Positions 22,730 through 31,781 of a stretch of DNA of 64,000 nucleotides are shown one piece after another. Location: the NCBI GenBank assembly GCA_009859145.1, contig VRVR01000005.1, positions 358,502 to 422,501 of the forward strand, read 5' to 3'. Under the pieces are notes generated by a model that searched no databases, was not told the DNA's origin, and saw only the letters and a program-made list of their open reading frames with translations. Made by a program: the position numbers and the translations under genes. Origin of the DNA: Andalucia godoyi And28 (lineage: Eukaryota; Protista; Jakobida). Positions within the stretch are counted from its first letter, which is position 1; each line of letters opens with the position of its first letter.

Positions 22730-25700
22730 TTACAAGTCTACAATTTCTGGAACTTCCGCAGGTAACCCCATTGTCGCATCCTTGTCGATCCGGGCTAAGC
22801 ACCTCCGCAAACCTGACCTCAGGACAAGCCACTCTCGCGCACCATCCTGCCGTCCATCCTGTTCTTTCTTATCCGGCTCGGGCGCAAAAAATGGAAATCG
22901 GCGGGAAAGACCGGACAGCAAATCCAACCTTTTTGTGGACTTTGGAGTCTCCTCTGGGATGTGCGGTCGATAGTGCGCTCGGTCAAACGGCGCGGCATCC
23001 ATATGGGCAGCAAGAATCGCACAAGGAAGGAAATTGAACAACGGGGATTCAACGGGAGCAACGGGACTCGTTCCTTCAAGGATCGGGCTAGCAGAGTCTT
23101 CAGAGGATTTCACCTCTACAAGATTCCGTTCGCTTTGCAGTGCTGCTGCATCTGCAGATTCATGCGCGACAGAGCATGCCTCGAGGTACCTGATAGTTTC
23201 GTCGATGGACGGCATGAGCCCACGGGGATCAAACAGGGACGCAAGATACTCCACTCGACCGTTGCTGTGTCCATTCGCAAGAGCAAATCGAGTAGCCTGA
23301 CGGCGGTCGTTGGCAGAGTGTCGCACAATAAAGTCTTCCCACCGACGTTCATATCCAGCACCTCCGGGACGGCTGCGATCCGTCATGAAGACGTGGTGGT
23401 GAGCCATAATTGCCAAGGCCTTTGGTGACCAACGCAGCTCGGAAAATGCCGAAGCAGAACGCAAGCACGGCAGAGGCGTCAAAAGACCAAAAGACTCGCA
23501 AGCACAGTAGAACGATCGTGCAAGAAGACCTCCGTCGGTATTCGATGAAGACAGCAGCGATTTATCTAGTGTGTCAATCTCCTTTTGCACCACCGACCAT
23601 ACCCAACTTGCCACAATGTCCCAAGCAGTCCAAACTTCGTCAACTCGACTTGCCACACGCTTCCGCACTTCAGCTTCCCATTCCTTATCACCTGGTGCAC
23701 CCTGCAAAGGCCGGATACCATCCTCTTCTAGTGCTAGCCAAGTGGGAAGCGGTACTTCTTGATCAATGTACACAGAGGAGACTTGATCAACCACCGACTT
23801 TCGGGCAGCGACTCTGCGTCGAAGGGAGGAATTCCAGAACGACGTTGACGTTTCCGCGGAAAACGATGATCTTGCAGACGAGAATCCAAGGAAACCAAAG
23901 AGCTTTCCGATCATCTCCGTGGAATTGGATAATGGCGTCGAAGGAGACTGAACTCCCATGGAAGATGACGAGGATGCCGACGATACCGACGACGACGAAG
24001 AAGCGTGATGCAGGATAGAATAAGGAATTGACACCTTCTCCAGGGCGATTCGTTGCTTGTACAGACTGTTTGAGCTCGCAGACGAAGTCGTGACCAGAAT
24101 GTCGGCTTCCGTGCGCTGTTTCGGAGTCATCCACATCGTCCACTGGCTATCGGCTTTTTCCTTCTCAGCGTCTGCACTCCGATCTGGAACGCCGAGAACA
24201 TACGGATAAATGATGGAATTCTGCGGAGTATAGCTGTACTGGCCCGTCACGGAGCATGTCTTCAAGTGGGCTCGGATTTCAGAGCGCGAAGCAAACGGGA
24301 ACACAGACTTTGGCAAATGAGTGACAATCAATCTTTTGGCAGCACCAGTTAGTGGCAGTACTGGGTAATCTCCATTCGCAGAGAGTGCATCTCCCTTTCT
24401 TGGAGATGTGTCCCTGTGGTGGTGGTGGTCTGTCCTCGGGGAGGCTGGTGCTTTGCTGCTGGAGACTGTGCTCGTCGGCGGCTTGACAAGCGCGCCTGAC
24501 ATGAACCCCTTTGAAACTTTCGGCGCCGACGGAGGCGTAGAGTGCGCATCGGACGGTTGGAAAAGTTCACAGAAAAGGTAGCCGAGCAAGGCGTCTCGCC
24601 AAACATTCACAGACTCGGTCTCTGAATATCCACGAGAGATGGAGACACGCACAAACTTTCTGAGCAACTCGAGAGCATGCGATGGTCGTGGATCATGATA
24701 GAGCGAGAGTTGAAGATGGGCGCGGATGTCCAGAAGGAGTTGCGATGTGCTGATCTCATTCTGCAGCCTATTCAGGAACGCTGCATGCATTCCGTCCCAG
24801 TCAAGGGTGCAGCTGGACACGACTCCTGTTCTGCGATTCAAGCAGAACCACTGATCCATCGGCATGCGTGGAGTAGCAATCAATATAGAATCCGCAGCGG
24901 CAGGAAGCAAAGCATCATCTCCAAAAGGAAGCGTTGTCAATTCGAATGGAATGACGTCGTTTGCGAGCGCAAGAATCTTTGCCGAGTGTCCCGGAAGCGC
25001 AAGGATTCCGAGATTCTGAAGCGGAAACAGTGACAGCAATGGGCGCTTTGTTGACGGTGTCTCGACGTTCCACACACACTCGAGTTTGCAGCGATGGTGG
25101 ATAACATAAACGCAACTCCTGTATCTTCCGGGTCCCTCCATTCCCTGTTCCATGACGCATATCGCACCCTCCGCAAGTCTTACAAAATGGATCCATTTCG
25201 TCTGCGATTCGCACTGTTCTTCCTCCCAGAGCCCACGAACGTGTCCATCCGCCAGCCGAATGGGCAACTCAATGTCGCAAACAACTTTTGGGGATCGCGG
25301 ATTGTCGATCAGCACGGCCCGAAACACCGACGTATCCTTACGCGCGTACAACAAAAACAGACAAGCGTTTTCTGGATCAATCTGCACCAAGGCAGGCGTC
25401 TCCGAAACCCAAGCAGAGCGCGCCAGGGGAGGCAGAAATGCCTGGTATGCATGGCTCTTCTCCTTGTGTATTCTATAAACGGACAATTTCTGCAGATGTT
25501 GATGCTGCTGCTGCTGTGGATGGTTGTGCTGATGATGCCGCGAATCTCCTGCATGGCTCCCTTCTTTTCCCTTTCCCTTTTCTCTCTCCTTTTCCTTTTC
25601 CTTGGATGGAGGTTCGAATCCCTTGGGCGGCTTCTTTTTCCACTCCAATCGAAGAGTATAAATGGCGGTTTCCTGCGCGTAGCAGACCAGAATGTGACTG

Positions 25701-26107
25701 TCGCCAAGGAAAAGAAGCCGAGGAGGCGTCAGTGCCGGAGACGTGCACCCAACCACGGACGAAGGAACACAGCCTGGATGCAATTCAAGGATCTGCAAGC
25801 TTGCTGGCGACGAGCTGAGAGCAAACACAAGGACGGTGCGCTGCCGATTGATTGTCGCAGAAAATATTCGTTCATTCTCCTTGAGCGGAATCGCGCACAC
25901 AGAATCGAATTTTCGCTCCACTGCGTCGTAAAGCGCCACATACGCATGATACAAAGTATGGGCATGACACACAATCGTGCAAGTCAGAAACATCCCATAG
26001 CGATCATGGCCGATAACAGACTCGCTCACAATGCTTGCATTTTCCCAGAGCGGAAAGATCCCCGCGCTCCTTGGAAACAAGTTGTAATGAAACGCGCACT
26101 TTATCAT
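22730..26107 (-). CDS. GSAP/Pigeon (gamma-secretase-activating protein) family homolog
   Basis: N-terminal blocks are collinear with GSAP as recalled: ALYDAVERK, IFSATINRQRTVL, ILELHP, QIDPENACLF, GAICV, VYVIHH, LPGHSAKIL. Confidence 0.6.
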   Translation of the reverse strand: MIKCAFHYNLFPRSAGIFPLWENASIVSESVIGHDRYGMFLTCTIVCHAHTLYHAYVALYDAVERKFDSVCAIPLKENERIFSATINRQRTVLVFALSSSPASLQILELHPGCVPSSVVGCTSPALTPPRLLFLGDSHILVCYAQETAIYTLRLEWKKKPPKGFEPPSKEKEKEREKGKGKEGSHAGDSRHHQHNHPQQQQHQHLQKLSVYRIHKEKSHAYQAFLPPLARSAWVSETPALVQIDPENACLFLLYARKDTSVFRAVLIDNPRSPKVVCDIELPIRLADGHVRGLWEEEQCESQTKWIHFVRLAEGAICVMEQGMEGPGRYRSCVYVIHHRCKLECVWNVETPSTKRPLLSLFPLQNLGILALPGHSAKILALANDVIPFELTTLPFGDDALLPAAADSILIATPRMPMDQWFCLNRRTGVVSSCTLDWDGMHAAFLNRLQNEISTSQLLLDIRAHLQLSLYHDPRPSHALELLRKFVRVSISRGYSETESVNVWRDALLGYLFCELFQPSDAHSTPPSAPKVSKGFMSGALVKPPTSTVSSSKAPASPRTDHHHHRDTSPRKGDALSANGDYPVLPLTGAAKRLIVTHLPKSVFPFASRSEIRAHLKTCSVTGQYSYTPQNSIIYPYVLGVPDRSADAEKEKADSQWTMWMTPKQRTEADILVTTSSASSNSLYKQRIALEKVSIPYSILHHASSSSSVSSASSSSSMGVQSPSTPLSNSTEMIGKLFGFLGFSSARSSFSAETSTSFWNSSLRRRVAARKSVVDQVSSVYIDQEVPLPTWLALEEDGIRPLQGAPGDKEWEAEVRKRVASRVDEVWTAWDIVASWVWSVVQKEIDTLDKSLLSSSNTDGGLLARSFYCACESFGLLTPLPCLRSASAFSELRWSPKALAIMAHHHVFMTDRSRPGGAGYERRWEDFIVRHSANDRRQATRFALANGHSNGRVEYLASLFDPRGLMPSIDETIRYLEACSVAHESADAAALQSERNLVEVKSSEDSASPILEGTSPVAPVESPLFNFLPCAILAAHMDAAPFDRAHYRPHIPEETPKSTKRLDLLSGLSRRFPFFAPEPDKKEQDGRQDGAREWLVLRSGLRRCLARIDKDATMGLPAEVPEIVDL

Positions 26108-26613
26108 GCCTTTTCACGCACACCTCCCTCGCAATTTCAGAATAAAATACAAGCGCATGAAATTTTTAATTAAATAAAATAAAAAAGCAATATGGAAATT
26201 CAATATGTGAAAAGCATGGTGCAAATAGCAATTTCGGAGGGGAAAGCAGCAAAGGGAAACCAGGAAATAAGGGAAACTTGACGTCTGTTTACTACGACAG
26301 ATCCGCTTGAGAAAAACCGTTTCCTTTTTCATTCCACGTTTTTTTCTTTCAAATCATCCAATTTCAGTTGTTTTGCCTTTGTTTAGGAGGATTCCGTTTC
26401 TTTTTCACTCAATGGTTTTATTTTTATTATAATGAATTGATTAACTATTTTCATTTTTCGATTTCCTTCTCGTTTTTTTTCTTTTCCTGTGCAGACAGAG
26501 TTTGAACGTATTTTATTTTCAAGAAGAGTTTCCCCCCTTTCTTCTTTTTTTTTTTTTGAACATCTCTCTTTATTGTTGTTGCCTTTGAAATCATCATCGT
26601 CATCATCACTATT

Positions 26614-27408
26614 ATGTTTGGGGGATCAAATCCGAAAGCAGTAGACACTCGGCAGCGTGCGTATCGGACGCTTGACACTTGTGCAGCGGATGGAGCATGG
26701 GTGGAAGAACCGCAGTTCAACCGTCGATCGATGAATCCAAAGACGCTCGTGGGAAACTGGCAGGAAGCTCGCGTCGCTTCCGAGAACGAGCCAGTGTCTG
26801 CAATCACCATGGCGTTTCAGTCGACTACTGCCGTGCGCAACAAGGAAGATGCTGAGAATCTGCGCGTTCGACTGCCGAAGCCCAACCAAGCTGCTCAGTT
26901 TGCGCTGGGGCCTGGCGGGAAAATGGTTCCGCTCTTCGTTGATCCTGGGGACGGAAATATGAATAAGAGAGAGTCGCTGATTACGGCGGGTTCGACTTCG
27001 AACCTCGTGGGAGGAGATGGCAGGTTCCGCGGAGAGTCGACGTACCGGTCAGATATGCTGTCCAAGGAAAAGATGGAAGAGATCGAGAGCAAGAAACAGC
27101 GGAGTGTGCGACAGGCGTTTTTGGAGAAGAAGTGGCAGATGGAGGCGCAAAAACAGGTCCAGGAAGAGGCAAAGGAGAAGGAGAAGGAGTCATTTGTTGG
27201 GAAGACGAGGGGACGAAAGCTTGGAGAAGGTGTTCAGCAGGATGTTGAGGGTCTGTACTTTGAGCAGCCCGCTTCGTTCTACACGCAGCACATGGGACTC
27301 ACCAACGTCTATGGATCGCGCGCGCAGGCAGCCGGCGCTTCCTTTGCAAAATGCTCCACATTCTCCATGCCCATCGAAGAATACAAGGCCGGGTATGAAA
27401 AAGAATAG
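26614..27408 (+). CDS. SPAG8/FAP143-like ciliary microtubule inner protein
   Basis: TLVGNWQEAR (GNWxEER-type motif), STYRSD and C-terminal EQPASFY...FAKCSTFSMPI, resembling the SPAG8 C-terminal EQPETFW...FRKNCSFSTPV pattern. Confidence 0.6.
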   Translation: MFGGSNPKAVDTRQRAYRTLDTCAADGAWVEEPQFNRRSMNPKTLVGNWQEARVASENEPVSAITMAFQSTTAVRNKEDAENLRVRLPKPNQAAQFALGPGGKMVPLFVDPGDGNMNKRESLITAGSTSNLVGGDGRFRGESTYRSDMLSKEKMEEIESKKQRSVRQAFLEKKWQMEAQKQVQEEAKEKEKESFVGKTRGRKLGEGVQQDVEGLYFEQPASFYTQHMGLTNVYGSRAQAAGASFAKCSTFSMPIEEYKAGYEKE

Positions 27409-28314
27409 TCACCACCCCATCCCCTTCTTCTTCTTCTTCTTCTTCTTCTTCTTCTTTTTGTTATTGTCTCTCACACCACTCTTGTCGGGTTTTGCACAAA
27501 CTCGCCACAGCGAGTCGCAAGCCGCAAGTGTAATATTTAATTTTATTAATAAACAGCTATTATCAACTGCCCCACCACCACTTTGCGCGTCCTGCAGGCC
27601 GATCGCAACAAGTCAACCGTGCACCAACATCACGTCAACTTCCTTCTGTCGCAACCATTCCCTCCTCCCCTCCTCTCCTTCCCCAAAAGAAAAAAAGGGA
27701 CGCGGCACGACAAGATGTCTCCAAGAAAGGGGATGCGCGCCATCGTGGTGGTTTTCACCGCCGCAGTTCCCGCGCGTCATCATCACCATCTCTGAAATGT
27801 CCGATCTGCTTCTACAAACGGAAAATTTGAAATGCTTGAAAGGCAAAAGCACCGGAGGAAAATTGCCAGTTCGAGTCAATTTGCGAAGATTCTGGTCCTA
27901 CCAGCTCACACACTCGACGTTCGGACTTCGGGAAAAACGCGGAAATGTCACTCCCATCAACCGGCTCTCCGTAGTAAGTGGCATTATTGGTTCTTTCTTT
28001 TCTTTTTTTCCTTTTGTTTTGCAGCTTCACATTGTCTCGCTCAATTTTTTCTTTTCCCCGCTGCCGCAACATTAACCCACCCTCTCACTCGTTCTCTATT
28101 TATGATCTTGGTCTGTTTTGTTTTGCTTTGTCTATTCATGTGATCCCAAACTTTTCGTTTTCTTCTTCTTTTTCTTCTTTTTCTTCTTTTTCGTTTTGTT
28201 TCCCTCCTTCCCTCCTTCACCTTTTTCCTTCTTCTTCTTCTTCTTTTCTTTTTGCTGTTTCATTTCAAAGATTCTTTCTTTCGGTTTGTTTCGCGCACGT
28301 CTCACAACACACTC

Positions 28315-30546
28315 ATGGACGGATATATCCTCACAGACGAGAATCACAAGATCCTGTATTCTTCGACGCTGGATGCATCGGAAGTGATCGGAACCGCATT
28401 CTCCGAGTCGAAGAGAAAAGAATATGTTGAAAAGGCACATCTTTCAGACGGAAATCGACTTGTTACGGTATGGCAACACAAGAGTGTCATTTGTGGAGAG
28501 ACGACTCCTTTTATTTCGCTTTCTGCATCTTCTGCGGATCTCACTGCGTCGCCCGAGAAGCTCAACACGACACCTACCGAGCAATCGACAAAGTCCAAGA
28601 CGGTGGTTCGAGACAAGGTCGTCAGCATTGATCCAAACAGCTCGAGTGCGCATCTTGGAAATACAACGTCTGATGTGGAGAGCCAAATTGGGAAGGGAAT
28701 TGAAATGGAGTTCTTCAACGTGAATTTCAATGCTACCAGTCCAATTGATGGATCCAAGAAGCAGATTTTGAACGACTGTGCGGGATGTGCGCGCAGTGGA
28801 AAGCTTACGGTTCTTATGGGGCCTTCTGGAGCTGGAAAGACGACTCTGCTGAATGCAATTGCAGGAAGAATCAAGGTGGACGACGGCTCGCAAATGCTCT
28901 TTGACGGCCATGCCCGGGATCGATCGATCAAGCGCCGCACTGGTTTCGTGCTCCAAGAAGATATCTTGTTTTCAAACTTGACTGTACGAGAAACCTTGCT
29001 CTTCACCGCATTGCTGCGACTTCCGTACGAGATGCCACACACGGAGAAGATCGCTCGAGTCGAAGAGGTTATTTCGCAGTTGGGTCTGGAGCGTGTTCGA
29101 AACTCTATCATTGGTAATTTCATGATGAGAGGCATCTCTGGAGGTGAGCGCAAGCGTGTCAATGTTGGCTGCGAGCTGCTGGCCTGGCCGTCAATTCTTA
29201 TTCTCGATGAACCGACGTCGGGCCTCGACTCCACTACAGCTCTTGAACTGATGAAGACTCTGAAGCAACTCGCCAGACGCAACGGTACCACCATCATCTC
29301 GTCCATCCATCAGCCATCCTCGCAGATTTACAGTTTATTCGACGATCTCATCCTTGTGGGTCGTGGATATGTACTGTACTATGGACCGGCGAACAAGGCC
29401 ACTTCGCACTTCCACTCTCTTGGGTTCCCCGTCTATGAAGATTTCTCTGCGGGGGACTACCTTATCGAGATGGTCATGCATCCAAAGATTGCCAACGATG
29501 ACGAGGTGCTGAAAAAACTGAATCGCCACGCGTACGACCAAACAATGTTTCGTCCACGAAACTGGAAATCGCTGGAAGGCCCTGCGGCGACGACGGACGG
29601 AGTGAAAGTGGAAGAAGTAACCACGACTGTTTCAGAAGTCCCTGCCCGCGTGCAGCACGACGGAGAAGATGAAGCAGAAGCCCCGAAATTCAATGTTCCC
29701 TTCTGGGGACAATTCAAGGCACTTTCGCAACGAGCCTTCAAGCAAAAGCGCGGCCAATCCATGCGTTGGCTGTTCGTCGTTCAGGTTATTGCCATCGCAC
29801 TTGTGGTTTCTGCGCTGTGGTTCCAGATTCCAAGCAGCGAATCGCACATTCAGGACTTGACCGGCGCAGCGTTCTTCATTGGAGTTTTCTTCCAGTTCTT
29901 CAATTTGTTCAGTTGCTTGTCGCAGTTCCCCTCCGAGAGGGCTGTCTTGTACAAGGAGCGTGCGGCAGGCGCGTACCGTCTTTCTGCATACTTTTGCGCC
30001 AAGACTTTGTCTGAACTTCCGTTTGACGTCCTGTATCCGTTCATGTTTACCACCATCACATTCTGGCTGTGTGGATTGTACATCAACGGCGCAGCGTATG
30101 TCGAATTCTTCTTTACCATCCTCCTCGGAGCATTGTGTGCACAGTCTCTAGGTCTGTTCATCTCTGCAGCCATTCTTGATTTCGAAAAGTCCATTGTGTT
30201 TGCGTCAATCTTCATTCTGTTCCAGATGCTTGCTGGTGGGTTCTATGTCCGAAACATGCCCAACTGGATCGAATGGATTTCCTACATCTCGATCATCAAG
30301 TACATGTACGAAGCGGCAATCTTCATCGTCTTCCCGGACGACCGTGATTTCTCTTGCTCGTCGACGTCGACCATTTACCGAGCGTCGAACGGAGGGATGT
30401 GTCCAATCCCAGGAAATGCAATTCGCGATGCTCTTGACATTCACGGTACAATTGGATCGCGAATCGGCGCTCTGTTTGCCTTTATGATTGGATACCGCAT
30501 CTTGGCATACTATGCTCTCCGTTACCGCGGAAAAGCCAGATTCTAG
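28315..30546 (+). CDS. ABC transporter subfamily G (White-type half transporter, NBD-TMD)
   Basis: GPSGAGKTT, GFVLQED, ISGGERKRV, LDEPTSGLDS, SIHQP, FPSERAVLYKERAAGAY and six C-terminal TM helices. Confidence 0.93.
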   Translation: MDGYILTDENHKILYSSTLDASEVIGTAFSESKRKEYVEKAHLSDGNRLVTVWQHKSVICGETTPFISLSASSADLTASPEKLNTTPTEQSTKSKTVVRDKVVSIDPNSSSAHLGNTTSDVESQIGKGIEMEFFNVNFNATSPIDGSKKQILNDCAGCARSGKLTVLMGPSGAGKTTLLNAIAGRIKVDDGSQMLFDGHARDRSIKRRTGFVLQEDILFSNLTVRETLLFTALLRLPYEMPHTEKIARVEEVISQLGLERVRNSIIGNFMMRGISGGERKRVNVGCELLAWPSILILDEPTSGLDSTTALELMKTLKQLARRNGTTIISSIHQPSSQIYSLFDDLILVGRGYVLYYGPANKATSHFHSLGFPVYEDFSAGDYLIEMVMHPKIANDDEVLKKLNRHAYDQTMFRPRNWKSLEGPAATTDGVKVEEVTTTVSEVPARVQHDGEDEAEAPKFNVPFWGQFKALSQRAFKQKRGQSMRWLFVVQVIAIALVVSALWFQIPSSESHIQDLTGAAFFIGVFFQFFNLFSCLSQFPSERAVLYKERAAGAYRLSAYFCAKTLSELPFDVLYPFMFTTITFWLCGLYINGAAYVEFFFTILLGALCAQSLGLFISAAILDFEKSIVFASIFILFQMLAGGFYVRNMPNWIEWISYISIIKYMYEAAIFIVFPDDRDFSCSSTSTIYRASNGGMCPIPGNAIRDALDIHGTIGSRIGALFAFMIGYRILAYYALRYRGKARF

Positions 30547-31028
30547 TCGCTTGGCTGCTTTCTGGACTCACACCTGTTCCGTCCCATGCCGCCATTCGAT
30601 CCATCCGTCCATCCGCCAATCGCTTCTCTTTGTTTTTATATATCTTTTTTTCCTCCCGTCTTGTTGTTGTTGATCGATGTTCTCGTTAGATTATTTTACA
30701 TTTTTGTGTGTTGTACTCTGTTTCATTATCCCAGTCGTCTCCTTTTCTGTGTGTCCCAATAATAAAAATCGCTTGTCGTGAAATAATATTGCTTGTCACC
30801 GAAGACAGGTCCAAGCCACATGTTTTTATTTTAATTGGGGGCGAGCACCAACTCTTCAATGCAGATTGCTCTGCATCAAAGGGTCGGACTACAAAGAAGT
30901 CCAACGCGCGAATGCCGTCGTCGGAAATCGGGATCGGCAAGCTCGATTTTTATTATTTTATTATTGGTTTTTTGAAAAGCTATACTTGTTTCCACCTGTT
31001 GTTTCGCACTGTTTCGTTTGGTTCGCCT

Positions 31029-31145
31029 ACATTATACACTGAACATGCATATCTACGAAGAGACATGCATATTCAATCCTGCATCCCGTTGCCGGGAAGG
31101 GGATCGGCCCCAACACGCCTCTCTGCGCTCTTCAGATAAATGTTC
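31029..31145 (-). ncRNA. Putative Fanzor omegaRNA scaffold
   Basis: Overlaps and follows the remnant's C-terminal codons. Hairpins: GGGG-CCGAU-CCCC, UCCCG-GCAA-CGGGA (GNRA loop), and a 17-bp stem with three G-U pairs and a CUUCGU loop. The G-U pairs form only on the minus strand. Confidence 0.6.
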
Positions 31146-31332
31146 CGCGCTCCGTTCCCAATCTCGGTCAATGTGCGAGCCACTTTCTCAGCGTGACACG
31201 CCGTTCCTGGGAAGGGTGCATTTTGATTCTGACGGCCCTAGCAGCAGGCGTAGTGACACGTGGTCTCTTAGGAGGTCTGCGGGACCTAGGAGGCCCTGCA
31301 TCGGGCGGCGTAGGCGTAGGCGAATGCGTCAT
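31029..31332 (-). mobile_element. Internally deleted Fanzor2 / IS607-TnpB-like remnant (non-autonomous element; boundaries approximate)
   Basis: A 54-aa ORF (31332-31168) ends in RAVRIKMHPSQERRVTLRKW, the TnpB/Fanzor N-terminal HTH motif. It is directly followed by IDRDW (31172-31158) and, after one extra G, NGARNIYLKS (31156 onward), the C-terminal RuvC-III motif. RuvC-I, RuvC-II and the Zn-finger are absent. Confidence 0.75.
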
Positions 31333-31781
31333 CCCAGCGCACTCACGCCCATATTTGAATAAAAACGTGAAACCAACGAATGATAGAATAGATGGCTACG
31401 GATGCTGCGTTAAAGAGTGTCGAAAATGCGGAGCCTGTGTCACCGGCTGAATTTTGGCCGAGCGTGCGTAAGCACGAATTCCCTGTGAAACAAACGTGTT
31501 TTCTTTTTTCCCCCGTATATGCATGACAATGACGTGTCATTATTCAACGGCCAAAATCTCCTATACTCTCGGACTTTCTGCTGAAAAGCTGTATTTCCCC
31601 GTTTTTTTAATTCAAAAAATTTGGTGTTTCTTCTGAATCGTCATCTTTATTTCCTCCTCGCTGTCGCCTAACAACTCATCTGGGAAACGCGGAGCGAAAG
31701 CACAGAAGAATCGAGAGAATAGAAGGAGAAGGAAGGAAAAACTGACAAGAAAAAGAAAAGGGCCGGGGAGGACTGAGGTAA

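Noticed and set aside
31022-31324. 9-bp inverted repeat TTCGCCTAC (31022-31030) / GTAGGCGAA (31316-31324) as terminal inverted repeats of the Fanzor remnant
   Set aside because: One copy lies inside the ORF just after the start codon, and a 9-bp match within ~300 nt is not unlikely by chance, so it is not accepted as a TIR without copy alignments.
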